This document shows positions 28,928 to 38,050 of a DNA stretch of 64,000 bases, piece after piece (position 1 is the first letter of the stretch; the number at the start of each line of letters is the position of its first letter). The stretch comes from a bacterium (GTDB lineage: Bacteria; Patescibacteriota; Minisyncoccia; Phycocordibacterales; UBA9973), in contig JBAXSP010000002.1 in the NCBI GenBank assembly GCA_037130655.1, positions 13,125 through 77,124 on the forward strand, given 5' to 3'. The notes beneath the pieces were generated by a model that made no database searches, had not been told where the DNA came from, and was given only the letters and a program-made list of their open reading frames with translations. The translations under genes and the position numbers were made by a program.

Positions 28928-30622
28928 AGACCCATGAACCATATCGTGTTTTTCTAACACAATGTGCGATGACATATATTCTTTCGTCGTACCAACTTTC
29001 TTGTTCGGATTGAAAATGTTTTCCGGATCAAACAATTCTTTTGTTTGCTTGAACAGATTCAAAATCTCAGGAGAAAAGATCTTTCCAAGATACGGCGTAC
29101 GAACAAGTCCGTCATTGTGTTCGGCGGTAATTGTTCCATTGAACTCTCGGACCAAATCATAGACTTTTTCAGATAACTCCATAATCACCTCTTTAGTGTG
29201 GGTATCAGTGAAATCCATCAGTGGAATGATATGGAAGTTGCCATTACCTGCGTGTCCGGCAATCGTGTAGACCAACTTGTATTCTGCAAGTAACGCATTG
29301 AGTCTTGGCAAAAATACAGGAAGAAATTCTGGCTTGATACACACATCATCAATAAATGGCGCCGTGTGCTTGCCTTTGACATGTTTACGGAGCATATTGA
29401 AACTTTCTCGTCGCATCCGCCAATACTTTTCTCCATCAGCTTTTGATTTGGTCACCCGTGTTTTGAAACCAAATGATGCAATTTGCTTTTGTGCATTTCT
29501 TGTTGCTCGCTCAACTTCATCTAGATTATTACCAGTAAATTCTGCAATCATGACGAGTTTTGGTACACCGCCAGTTGCCATCATAAACACTTCAGGAATG
29601 AACGAAATTCCCATTTTGATAAATTGCCACAAACTCATTCGCTTCAAGAAATCAGGCATGAACTTCACTGCCAATTTCAAACTATAATCATCGTAACTTT
29701 CGATACTTTCTGGACCAAGCGGAAGAATCGTATCAACCAAATGTCCCAATCGAGAAAGGTCATTCATAAACACAACAAGAAGTCGTGATTCTTTGGTCAC
29801 ATCAGTCAGGTTGAATGTAATCTCTGTAACAATTCCGAGTGTCCCTTGTGAGCCCACAATCAATCTACACAAATCAAAACTTTCGGTTTCTTTATCATAA
29901 ATATTCCACAAATAATAACCGGCAGAATTTTTTGATACTTGCGGTTTTGCAGAAGTTATCAACATGTCGTTATCATTAATCAGTTGCAACAGTTCTTTGT
30001 AGAGTTCTGCTTCGACACTAACCTCTGCGACTTTTTGATAGAGTTCTTTCTTCGTCATTCGTTTGACGGTGTATTCATAGCCATCACGAAAGACGACTTT
30101 CAATTCACGAATCCAGTCTTCAGTCTTGCCAAATTTGATAGACTTTTCTCCACCACTATTGTTCCCTACCATTCCACCAACCGCGCACAATTCCTTTGAT
30201 GCGGTATATGATGGCAAGATCAAATTTTCAGCCAATGTAACTTTTTCAAAATCTCGGTAGAATGTTCCCGGAAGTACAGTCGCATAACCTGTCACTTTGT
30301 GACCATACGACATTTCATCAGTCTTTGTAATCTTCCCAATACCGTTCATATAACGAGACATATCAAGAATGATTGATTCATTGATCGAACCACCTGACAT
30401 ACAAGTTCCTGCACAACGTGGAGTGATTGAGAGAGTCGGATCTTCTTTCTTGTGTTCATTGACCCATTTGACCAACAAACAAACATCAGTGGAATCTTTT
30501 GGAAATACAATCACCTTTGGACGAACTACGAATATACTCGCATCACGAGAATATTTCTCCAATGCTTCGTCACTCATTTCTACATCCCCTCTTATTATGT
30601 TCTTTAAATCGTCGAAATTCAT
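28925..30622 (-). CDS. FAD-linked oxidoreductase (GlcD / D-lactate dehydrogenase family)
   Basis: FAD-binding PCMH domain (CAGTCMSGGS, GGNNSGGEKS) and a FAD-oxidase C-terminal domain. Leaderless: TATACT-ttatat-ATG. Confidence 0.8.
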   Translation of the reverse strand: MNFDDLKNIIRGDVEMSDEALEKYSRDASIFVVRPKVIVFPKDSTDVCLLVKWVNEHKKEDPTLSITPRCAGTCMSGGSINESIILDMSRYMNGIGKITKTDEMSYGHKVTGYATVLPGTFYRDFEKVTLAENLILPSYTASKELCAVGGMVGNNSGGEKSIKFGKTEDWIRELKVVFRDGYEYTVKRMTKKELYQKVAEVSVEAELYKELLQLINDNDMLITSAKPQVSKNSAGYYLWNIYDKETESFDLCRLIVGSQGTLGIVTEITFNLTDVTKESRLLVVFMNDLSRLGHLVDTILPLGPESIESYDDYSLKLAVKFMPDFLKRMSLWQFIKMGISFIPEVFMMATGGVPKLVMIAEFTGNNLDEVERATRNAQKQIASFGFKTRVTKSKADGEKYWRMRRESFNMLRKHVKGKHTAPFIDDVCIKPEFLPVFLPRLNALLAEYKLVYTIAGHAGNGNFHIIPLMDFTDTHTKEVIMELSEKVYDLVREFNGTITAEHNDGLVRTPYLGKIFSPEILNLFKQTKELFDPENIFNPNKKVGTTKEYMSSHIVLEKHDMVHGS

Positions 30623-30750
30623 ATATAAAGTATATCAGAGTATAGATATTCAGAGTATAGACAAAACTATTCGCATATTCGCGCGAATTAGGAAATAAAA
30701 AAAACACAAAAAAAACCCGCACAATGTACGGATTTTCCGTTAGTCGTGCG
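30623..30750 (-). promoter_or_regulatory. upstream module copy A: terminator, ATTCGC-ATTCGCGCGAAT operator-like palindrome, tandem TATACT boxes
   Basis: About 110 nt shared with 32797-32962. Palindrome at 30669-30688; two ctatactctga repeats immediately before the ATG. Confidence 0.55.
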
Positions 30751-30759
30751 GGCTATAAT

Positions 30760-31116
30760 TTATTTCTCTTGTTTTGTATTATTTAAATCTTCTGCGCTAC
30801 AGTCAGCATTCAAGAAAAAGTTATCTCCTTTTTGTAAACAGTTATATTGCTTAGAGGTTACATATACATCTTCAGTACGATTTTTGCCTCCAAATAAGCC
30901 TTCTATGGTTATTACCCAATCTTCATTGTCGGTAACAATATAAGGTTTTAATACCATTGATTTACCACAAGGGATTGTCATAAACATGATGTAATTTCTT
31001 GTTGGTTCATAATGTTTTGAAACTACTTTTCCTTCTTTAAGTTGATTACAACCTGTTGATATAAAAAGTACTAACAAAACAAACAGAGAAATAGCAAAGT
31101 TAATTATTTTTTTCAT
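30760..31116 (-). CDS. lipoprotein, hypothetical
   Basis: MKKIINFAISLFVLLVLFISTGC lipobox. Start set at the internal Met. Preceded by a TTGACA-N17-TATAAT promoter and a 14-bp 5'UTR hairpin. Confidence 0.55.
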   Translation of the reverse strand: MKKIINFAISLFVLLVLFISTGCNQLKEGKVVSKHYEPTRNYIMFMTIPCGKSMVLKPYIVTDNEDWVITIEGLFGGKNRTEDVYVTSKQYNCLQKGDNFFLNADCSAEDLNNTKQEK

Positions 31117-31327
31117 TTTTAGAGTTGGTTTAAGAGAAAAGACCTTATCTACTCTCTTAAACCAACTAGTCAAAATGAATCCTGAAAAGAACTATTATAG
31201 TTATATTATAGCATATAATATAAGTATTTGTCAATAGATATAAAAAGAGGCGGAAAAGCTTTGCTTTTCCGCCTCTTTTTATGTTCTAGCTAGAGCCTAG
31301 ATGCCTAGCACCTATTAGTCTAATTAA

Positions 31328-31834
31328 TTACAGCATTGTCGCTTCTGACATACTGTTTGGAGCTGTCTCCTCCTTCCCTGTTCCTCCGCAAGCTTTGATA
31401 TCAGTCTTGAACGTATCCCAAGCTGATTTACGAACTGATTTGAGTGTTGTACGAGCAGATTTTGAAGCAGTTTCAAAAACTTGTCTTCCAGTCTTACGGG
31501 CCATGTTTCGTTCGTTTGGAGTTGTCTTTGTCCAAGCATCTTTCAAAGATGTAGCACGGGCAGTCAAAGCAGTTTTCATTGAAGCGTTGAATGTATCGAG
31601 TCCGGCAATCAAAGCATTTTCACGCTTTTCAACTGCAGTTCCAGCACAAATTGGATCTGCTGAACTTTTCTTACTAGACATTTTTTCTTTCAAATCACGT
31701 ATGAGTCCCCCTTTGTCTGAATGTTCAACTTCACCTGTTGATGAGGCCGATGTTGTTGTGATCATTTCTTCTGCAAAAGCAACGTTTCCAAGAATCAAAG
31801 AAAGTGCGAGTGTCGATACAAGAAATTTTTTCAT
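31328..31834 (-). CDS. secreted alpha-helical protein, hypothetical
   Basis: Signal peptide MKKFLVSTLALSLILGNVAFA. Start 7 nt after TATAAT. Confidence 0.5.
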   Translation of the reverse strand: MKKFLVSTLALSLILGNVAFAEEMITTTSASSTGEVEHSDKGGLIRDLKEKMSSKKSSADPICAGTAVEKRENALIAGLDTFNASMKTALTARATSLKDAWTKTTPNERNMARKTGRQVFETASKSARTTLKSVRKSAWDTFKTDIKACGGTGKEETAPNSMSEATML

Positions 31835-31932
31835 AATTATGATTATATAGTTATACGAGTAATACATTGATTGTACCATTTAGGCACACTACTTATGACG
31901 AATGACTTTGTGGAAAATTTCTTAGTATAATC

Positions 31933-32796
31933 TTAGAGATTATTGAATAGTTTCAATCGTGCTTCAACTACTTTCTCTATAGCATCAACGGCTGGTTGCA
32001 GAATTTTTGCAGGAGTGATTTCTTCCGGATTTTCTTCCATGAATTTGTCTGTAGCTTCTTTGAAAGCTAAACGGATTTCACTATTGATATGAACAATAGA
32101 AATTCCTGCTTGTATTGCATTAGTAAAATCTTCATCACGAAGCCCTGAACCTCCGTGCAGTACGAGTGGTACACCGGTCACACTCTTAATCTCTGCAACA
32201 AGTTCCGCATCAATATGCGGTTTACCAGACTTGATGAGCCCGTGAATACTACCGACAGATGGAGCGAATAAATCGATACCAGTCATATCAACAAAGTTTT
32301 TTGCATCTTCAGGTTTTGTCAGTACTCCAGCGCCTTCAGGGATACTATCTCGAACAATTGAACCTGAACCGATAAAACCAAGTTCTGCTTCAACCAAAAT
32401 ATCTCTACCGGTTTGACTAGAAACTTCACGTGCATAATCGACACATTGTTTGGTAAGTGCAACATTTTCTTCAAACGGCAATTTTGCAACATCAATAATG
32501 ACCATATCAAATCCTGCATCAATACATTTTTTGACTGATTCGAAACTACCATGATGATCAGCATTTAAGAATATTGGATAATTATCACGGTCACGTATTG
32601 CGTGTACCAATGCAACAACTTCTTCAAGCCCAGCAAATTTTTCTTCACCTTCTGAAACTCCAATAATAACTGGTAAATTGAGCTTCTTTGCTGCGTTGTA
32701 AATACCATGCAATGCTTCTAAATTTGAAATATTAAAATGCCCAATGGCAACCTTGTTTTCCTCTGCTTCTTTGATGTATGTGCGTAGTGTCTTCAT
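31933..32796 (-). CDS. fba: fructose-bisphosphate aldolase, class II
   Basis: HFNISNLEALHGIYNAAKKLNLPVIIGVSEGE, DHHGSFE and LHGGSG motifs of the class II FBA/TBP aldolase family. Start at MKTLRTY (32796), 8 nt after TATACT. Confidence 0.85.
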   Translation of the reverse strand: MKTLRTYIKEAEENKVAIGHFNISNLEALHGIYNAAKKLNLPVIIGVSEGEEKFAGLEEVVALVHAIRDRDNYPIFLNADHHGSFESVKKCIDAGFDMVIIDVAKLPFEENVALTKQCVDYAREVSSQTGRDILVEAELGFIGSGSIVRDSIPEGAGVLTKPEDAKNFVDMTGIDLFAPSVGSIHGLIKSGKPHIDAELVAEIKSVTGVPLVLHGGSGLRDEDFTNAIQAGISIVHINSEIRLAFKEATDKFMEENPEEITPAKILQPAVDAIEKVVEARLKLFNNL

Positions 32797-32962
32797 ATAA
32801 GATAAGTATATCAGAGTATAGATATTCAGAATATAGAAAAACAGGACAGCTTTTACTTGTCCCATTTAAAACTATTCGCCTATTCGCGCGAATTAGGCAA
32901 TAGCGAAATCAAAAAGAAAAAAACCCGCACACTGTGTACGGGGTTTTTTCCGTGCACATTGT
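32797..32962 (-). promoter_or_regulatory. upstream module copy B (terminator, ATTCGCGCGAAT palindrome, tandem -10 boxes)
   Basis: Palindrome at 32874-32893, ctatactctga/ctatattctga repeats, and a terminator hairpin cccgcacactgtgtacgggg serving the upstream gene. Confidence 0.55.
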
Positions 32963-32971
32963 GCGAGTTTG

Positions 32972-33292
32972 TTATTTTATAAGACCACAATTGTAATCAA
33001 TATAAAATTTTGCTCCTCTTCTGTAAAAGATTTTAAACAGACTGTCTTGGAGATCCATTGACCAAGGCACCAGTTTTTTCATATTGAGGAATACATACAA
33101 AATAGTAGCACCTACAGTAATGAGAAAACCGGCAAGATTTACGTATGGATTATCGGAATCTCGCATCATGTCAATTCCTATTATTAAAAATGGAAAGTCC
33201 ATTAATATAATAAGAAGTTTGGCAATGACGCATCCGAGACCTCCCATAGTCTGTTTTTTGGAGTAGAGTTTGTTGAATAATCTTCTTTTCAT
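32972..33292 (-). CDS. small membrane protein, hypothetical
   Basis: 106 aa, 2-3 TM. Preceded by copy 2 of the conserved leader. Confidence 0.5.
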   Translation of the reverse strand: MKRRLFNKLYSKKQTMGGLGCVIAKLLIILMDFPFLIIGIDMMRDSDNPYVNLAGFLITVGATILYVFLNMKKLVPWSMDLQDSLFKIFYRRGAKFYIDYNCGLIK

Positions 33293-33385
33293 TTTGGTAT
33301 TTAATTAATTAATTATGTGGACACAAAGGACATAATCCACTCTGTTCACATAACTAAATAACAATGTATTAATGAACTCTACCTA
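33293..33385 (-). ncRNA. conserved 5' leader element, copy 2
   Basis: Minus-strand leader gtagagttcattaatacattgttatttagttatgtgaacagagtggattatgtcctttgtgtccacataattaattaattaa-ATG, with a TTGACA-N18-TGgTATACT promoter upstream. Confidence 0.5.
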
Positions 33386-33481
33386 TATAAGTATACCATA
33401 CTATATGAATATTTGTCAATAGACTGAATTTTTATCACTTTCCCCTACATTATAAGAATAGTACTCTGATATACTTATTTC

Positions 33482-34486
33482 ATGAACTTATTTGGAAATA
33501 AATCCTATGACATTGTATGTATCGGAGACATTGTGACCGATGCTTTTATTAGACTTAAAGATGCGAATGTGCACTGCAAGATTGATCAAACTGCTTGTGA
33601 GCTTTGTGTACGTTTTGGTGACAAAGTACCATTCGAGTCTTCGACTATCGTGCGAGCTGTCGGTAACAGCGCAAATGCTGCCGTCTCAGCTTCACGACTT
33701 GGACTTTCTACTGGATTGATGAGCGTTGTTGGAAATGATGAGGAAGGGAAAAAATGCCTAGAAACATTGAAAGAAAATAATGTTGGAACAGCGTATATGG
33801 AAACTGATCCAAAACTACCGACCAATTATCACTATGTACTTTGGTACGATGTTGAACGAACAATCTTAGTTAATCACTCGCCTTTTGAACGACATATTCC
33901 AAAAAACTTCAAAGCACCAAAATGGATTTATCTGACATCACTCGGAGAAAACACTGAGGCATTTCATCACGAAATAACTGCCTGGCTCAAAGCACATCCA
34001 GAAACAAAATTGGTTTTCCAGCCTGGAACATTCCAAATGAAATTAGGAAAAGAACATTTGGCTGATATATATAAAATGAGCGAACTATTCTTTTGTAATG
34101 TCGAAGAAGCACAAAGAATTCTTGGTACACAAGAGGCTGATAAAAAAACGTTGATGAATATGTTGGCAGGACTTGGACCAAAGATTGTCGTGATGACTGA
34201 TGGGATCAATGGTGCGTACGCACGAGACACAGACGGAACATGTTACTTTATGCCGGTGTATCCACATGATCCATACGAACGTACTGGCGCAGGAGACGCA
34301 TTTGCTTCAACTGTCGTGTCAGCACTCGCACTTGGGAAAGATTTGAAAACTGCGCTCACTTGGGGCCCAATCAATTCAATGTCAGTCGTACAAAAAATTG
34401 GCGCACAAGCCGGATTGCTCCCAAGAAAAGAACTTGAAGATTACTTGAGCAAAGCTCCAGAAGATTACAAATTGAAAACTATATAA
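33482..34486 (+). CDS. carbohydrate kinase, PfkB/ribokinase family
   Basis: N-terminal IVCIGDIVTDAF and C-terminal ERTGAGDAFAST (anion hole). Leaderless: TGaTATACT-tatttc-ATG. Confidence 0.8.
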   Translation: MNLFGNKSYDIVCIGDIVTDAFIRLKDANVHCKIDQTACELCVRFGDKVPFESSTIVRAVGNSANAAVSASRLGLSTGLMSVVGNDEEGKKCLETLKENNVGTAYMETDPKLPTNYHYVLWYDVERTILVNHSPFERHIPKNFKAPKWIYLTSLGENTEAFHHEITAWLKAHPETKLVFQPGTFQMKLGKEHLADIYKMSELFFCNVEEAQRILGTQEADKKTLMNMLAGLGPKIVVMTDGINGAYARDTDGTCYFMPVYPHDPYERTGAGDAFASTVVSALALGKDLKTALTWGPINSMSVVQKIGAQAGLLPRKELEDYLSKAPEDYKLKTI

Positions 34487-34517
34487 AATAAAAAAAATCC
34501 GCTTAAAGCGGATTTTT

Positions 34518-35546
34518 TTATTTTATTTTTCTTAATAAAACTGTCTTTACAGCATTTGTAATATCAGACACATCCATTCCATAATGAGCAATCAGTTCAG
34601 CAGGTGTACCAGATTGACCAAACATATCTTTGACACCAATAAATTCTATCGGCACTGGATGATATTTTGCGAGACATTCTGCTACAGCAGAACCCATACC
34701 ACCGGCAATTTGATGTTCTTCGACGGTGACAATCGCTCCGCATTCTTTTGCAAGTAGAATTATTGCTTGTTCATCAAGTGGTTTGATTGTTGCAAGATTA
34801 AGGACTTTGACACGAGCACCATCACCAGTGATTGCATTGTCAGTCAGTTCTTTTGCGGCAAGCAGTGCTTTGTGAAGCAATGCACCGGTTGCAATGATTC
34901 CAACATCGGCATTCCCTGCCCTGAGCGTAGTCGAAGGGTCGTACATAACTTGGGCTTTGCCGATTTCAAATGAAGTATCGTTTGTAGTAATGACAGGAGT
35001 TTTTTCACGAGCAAGACGAAGATATGCCGGCTTGCCGAGTTTCGCAAGCGCAAGTATGGCTTTTTTGGCTTCGATACTGTCACACGGAGAAATGACAATC
35101 ATATTTGGAATCACCCGAGTAATGGCGATGTCTTCGATTGCTTGATGTGTACCACCGTCTGGACCAACAGAGATTCCTGCATGAGAACCTGCAATAATAA
35201 CTCCACGATCATTGTATGCAATCGTTGTACGAATTTGTTCCCAGTTTCTTCCCGGAGAAAACATTGCATATGAAGAAATGAATGGAATCTTACCCATTGC
35301 TGACATACCAGATGCAACAGATGCGAGATTTTGCTCTGCAACACCAACTTGCACGAAGCGATGTGGAAATGCATCTTTGAATAAATTCATTTTGGTACTT
35401 TCGGTAAGGTCTGCACAAAGTCCGACAATTCGTTCGTCCAACTTCCCTGCTTCAAGAAGCCCTTCACCAAAACCTTGGCGAATTGGAACTTGCTCAACAT
35501 CTGTATCAAACAGTTTTGTATTTAATTTTGCATTTGGATTAAGCAT
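34518..35546 (-). CDS. transketolase, C-terminal subunit (pyrimidine-binding and C-terminal domains)
   Basis: 342 aa matching the C-terminal half of Tkt; pairs with the N-terminal subunit at 35809-36705. Confidence 0.85.
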   Translation of the reverse strand: MLNPNAKLNTKLFDTDVEQVPIRQGFGEGLLEAGKLDERIVGLCADLTESTKMNLFKDAFPHRFVQVGVAEQNLASVASGMSAMGKIPFISSYAMFSPGRNWEQIRTTIAYNDRGVIIAGSHAGISVGPDGGTHQAIEDIAITRVIPNMIVISPCDSIEAKKAILALAKLGKPAYLRLAREKTPVITTNDTSFEIGKAQVMYDPSTTLRAGNADVGIIATGALLHKALLAAKELTDNAITGDGARVKVLNLATIKPLDEQAIILLAKECGAIVTVEEHQIAGGMGSAVAECLAKYHPVPIEFIGVKDMFGQSGTPAELIAHYGMDVSDITNAVKTVLLRKIK

Positions 35547-35572
35547 GTATATTAAAAGTATATCATAGTGAA

Positions 35573-35803
35573 TTATTCACTAACTAAGGTAAAACGTATT
35601 ACACTTTTTCCTTCCCATTCAACTTCATTAAAAAATAAATCTACTGGGCGAAAATAAACATTACCATCTTCTTGTCTTTGATATGCGACTAACTCTTCTC
35701 CTGTTTCAGAATGTTTACCTAAGACAATAATTTTATAATGATTACCTTTGTAATGACGATAAATTTGTCCTGGTTTAATTGTTTCGTGAATTACTTGTGA
35801 CAT
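35573..35803 (-). CDS. DUF1653 domain protein
   Basis: 76 aa; IYRHYKGNHYKII...RPVDLFF resembles DUF1653. Sits between the two transketolase halves. Confidence 0.6.
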   Translation of the reverse strand: MSQVIHETIKPGQIYRHYKGNHYKIIVLGKHSETGEELVAYQRQEDGNVYFRPVDLFFNEVEWEGKSVIRFTLVSE

Positions 35804-35808
35804 ACTAC

Positions 35809-36705
35809 TTATTCGTGTTCACTTATAATTTTACCTCCTAATGTTCGAAGTTCCGCAAGTGCAACTTCACCTTGTTTGTCTTTTGGAATTTTATCTGTGG
35901 GACCAAGTCCTGGTGGATTACCGTGCCAACGAAAATCTCGTTCAAACTCCTTGACACCTTTTCCTGGAATTGTTTTAGCAATGATCACTGACGGTTTATC
36001 AAACGTTGCTTTTGCTTTGCCGATTGCATCATTAATCATTTCAAAATTATGCCCGTCGATTTCCTGAACGTGCCAATTGAATGCTTCCCATTTTTTGTTG
36101 ATATCGTTCAAAGGCATGATGTCTTCAGTGAAGCCATCGATCTGGATATTGTTGCGATCAACAATTGCAATCAATTTGTGCAATTTTTCTTTGCCGGCAA
36201 GCATGACTGCTTCCCAGTTCTGACCTTCATCGAGTTCACCGTCACCGAGCAGACAGTAGAAAAATTTGTCACCACTGACACCATTGTCTATGCGGTCAGC
36301 AAGTGCCATACCTACAGACTGAGAAAGACCGGAACCAAGTGGTCCAGATGAATTCTCAAGCCATGGCATAAATTCGCGATGTGGGTGACCTTGGAGACGA
36401 GAACCAAACTTGCGGAGGGTCAAAAGCTCAGAGACTGGCATATAGCCACTGTGGGCCATTGTAGCGTAGAGAACTGGATTAATGTGGCCATTTGAAAGGA
36501 CTAATCTATCGCGGTCTTCCCAAGCAGGATTCTTCGGATCATGGCGAAGTTCATGGAAATATAAATAGGTGAAAATATCAGCCATACCAAGTGGTCCAGC
36601 TGTGTGTCCGCTTCCCGCAACAATCAACATTTCGATAATTGAAATACGAATGTCGTTAGCTTTAATTTCCAATTCTTTAATTTTTTCATCGGTGAGATTG
36701 CTCAT
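35809..36705 (-). CDS. transketolase, N-terminal subunit (TPP-binding)
   Basis: GHTAGPLGMADI and LGDGELDEGQNWEA TPP-binding motifs. Confidence 0.85.
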   Translation of the reverse strand: MSNLTDEKIKELEIKANDIRISIIEMLIVAGSGHTAGPLGMADIFTYLYFHELRHDPKNPAWEDRDRLVLSNGHINPVLYATMAHSGYMPVSELLTLRKFGSRLQGHPHREFMPWLENSSGPLGSGLSQSVGMALADRIDNGVSGDKFFYCLLGDGELDEGQNWEAVMLAGKEKLHKLIAIVDRNNIQIDGFTEDIMPLNDINKKWEAFNWHVQEIDGHNFEMINDAIGKAKATFDKPSVIIAKTIPGKGVKEFERDFRWHGNPPGLGPTDKIPKDKQGEVALAELRTLGGKIISEHE

Positions 36706-36751
36706 AATATAATTTCAGTATAACAAGTATCAGACAAACAAAAAAGGAAGT

Positions 36752-37102
36752 TTATTCACCTCCTTTTAATTTTGGGATAGATTCTATTTTATTCTTTAAA
36801 ATTTCTTTTATCCTAACTTCAGCTTCATCTGTTAAAACATATACCTCTGTTTCCTGTCCCTTTTCATCACTACCAGAATCAAATTCAATTATTCCACTAT
36901 CTCTAAGAAATAAAACTTCTACATAATACACCTTCAACTGTTTTTCCTTCCATCCTAAAAATATGTAACATTCTTTCAAACCCCAATCAACAACACACTC
37001 AAACTTTCTACCATAAAAACCAGCCATAACCGCAATTATTTCATGGATTCTATTTGGGTCTAATTCTATGTATTCGTCATCACCGCTATCATAGTCCTCC
37101 AT
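36752..37102 (-). CDS. hypothetical protein
   Basis: 116 aa, acidic N- and C-termini. Confidence 0.45.
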   Translation of the reverse strand: MEDYDSGDDEYIELDPNRIHEIIAVMAGFYGRKFECVVDWGLKECYIFLGWKEKQLKVYYVEVLFLRDSGIIEFDSGSDEKGQETEVYVLTDEAEVRIKEILKNKIESIPKLKGGE

Positions 37103-37231
37103 GTATGTAATTTTTAATTCCTTTTTATGTATAACACATTAAATAACAGAAAACAAAAATTTTATATATTCACCCAAAGATTACATTTATTCTCACGTGT
37201 GGGAATAAGACAGAGACTTGTGTACAATAGC

Positions 37232-38041
37232 TTATTTTATCTGTAACCGAATTTTATATTCTTGATACAACTCTTGGACACCAAGTCGTCGTAGCCAATT
37301 TTCAAAATATTCGACAAGTGCATCACTTCTTTCATGTGTATTCAAATGATAGAGTTCGAAATCTTTGTAGTTTTGAATTTTATCAGCAATCAACATGTCA
37401 TTCACGTCTTTGAGTGGCGATAATCGTATTTCATCAATCGATTGGATTTTTCTTTTGCTTAGATATTCATTTGCTACCGATCGATATTCCATTGTGGCAA
37501 TCAAAACAGCAGGATCAATATTTTCGTAATTTGTCATATAGTTTTCTATCAAAGCTTCGTCTGACTGTAATAATGGATGCAAACAGTATGCACGTTGTGC
37601 AATAGTAGTTGCTCCTATCCAATGCAAAATAGCCAAACCTTCATCGATGTGATTGATCAAATACACTCCGCTTCTTTTGGCTTTCTGATTGCCATAGTAT
37701 TGGGCAATCAATTTATATTCAACAGAATCTTCAAGCTCAAATTCGATATACGGAATTTGTTTCTTTTCTAAATAATCTGCAACCAAACATTCTTTTGAAG
37801 TCAGCACTGGAAGATTTAATTCTTGTTGGATCTTTGGATACAGGCCTTTATTTCGATAATCAAACAGTAAATAGATCGCTTGATATTCTTTTCCATCGTA
37901 TTCAAAAATAGCAATGACACATTCATCTTTCACAATAATCTCTTTCAATGACACATCGAATTTGAGCAATTGCAAAGCTCTGTGATGTAAATATGAAACT
38001 GCTTCATCTTTTGTATTGGCATCAAAATTAAATCTTTCCAT
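37232..38041 (-). CDS. hypothetical protein
   Basis: 269 aa; no domain I recognise. Confidence 0.45.
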   Translation of the reverse strand: MERFNFDANTKDEAVSYLHHRALQLLKFDVSLKEIIVKDECVIAIFEYDGKEYQAIYLLFDYRNKGLYPKIQQELNLPVLTSKECLVADYLEKKQIPYIEFELEDSVEYKLIAQYYGNQKAKRSGVYLINHIDEGLAILHWIGATTIAQRAYCLHPLLQSDEALIENYMTNYENIDPAVLIATMEYRSVANEYLSKRKIQSIDEIRLSPLKDVNDMLIADKIQNYKDFELYHLNTHERSDALVEYFENWLRRLGVQELYQEYKIRLQIK

Positions 38042-38050
38042 ACAATAAAA

